A stretch of 62,805 nt of DNA, filler included, from Choristocarpus tenellus KU-1152 (Eukaryota; Protista; Phaeophyceae): assembly GCA_964200185.2 (NCBI GenBank). It is 6 parts of 6 records of this genome, joined end to end, with 100 filler letters (N's around TTAATTAATTAA, not from the genome) between each part and the next. Parts side by side here need not be neighbours in the genome. Positions count along the whole stretch, not along the records: positions 49,907 to 62,805 come from CAXNAD020001670.1; 5 more parts are not named here. One strand, 5' to 3'. Positions 62,625 through 62,805 of the stretch are shown here, piece after piece. The notes beneath the pieces are model-generated. The model was not told where the DNA came from. It did not search any database and saw only the letters and a program-made list of their open reading frames with translations. Position numbers and translations under genes: made by a program. The stretch's first letter is position 1, and the number at the start of each line of letters is the position of its first letter.

Positions 62625-62784
62625 ATGAGTGAACTTGTCAGAAGTAAGGAATGAAGTGTTTTCCTTCATCTAAACGCACTCCTTTTCCATCCCCCAGTCT
62701 GGACCAAATCAGAAGGAAAATCATCAATAAAACGGGCATCAAACTGGGGTATCTAACAGCACCTTATCAAGACCCAAATGAAAC

Positions 62785-62805
62785 GGGTGAAAGTATCTGG
62801 GGGGG
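62785..62805. mobile_element. Start of another family B-like TIR at the window end
   Basis: GGGTGAAAGTATCTGGGGGG. Confidence 0.6.

Overview
Eukaryotic, intron-rich genomic DNA, most likely from a brown alga (Phaeophyceae). The evidence is a fucoxanthin-chlorophyll protein (FCP) gene with a brown-algal-type bipartite presequence and abundant (TTAGGG)n tracts. The window is six contigs joined by artificial 100-nt spacers (N44-TTAATTAATTAA-N44), so linkage across spacers is unproven. Host genes reconstructed by hand from splice sites: complete LHCF/FCP (+), partial KNTC1/ROD (-), a small partial PH-domain gene (-) head-to-head with a complete STE24 CAAX protease (+), RPT5/PSMC3 (-, probably lacking its first exon), and the 3' half of TTC21B/IFT139 (-, with a GC-AG intron). 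The most interesting non-host system is a DNA-transposon family. It comprises an intron-containing Sola2-like transposase remnant (40107-43192) with a 4 x ~353-bp array inside it, plus two MITE families. The MITEs share an AAAGTATCT TIR core and an AAAYGGAC subterminal motif, and four copies have exact 4-bp TSDs; one copy interrupts an ORF. Also present are a bacterial-looking IS630 transposase fragment, a telomere-tract tandem repeat, and many intronic minisatellites. Family assignments come from remembered motifs, not database searches.
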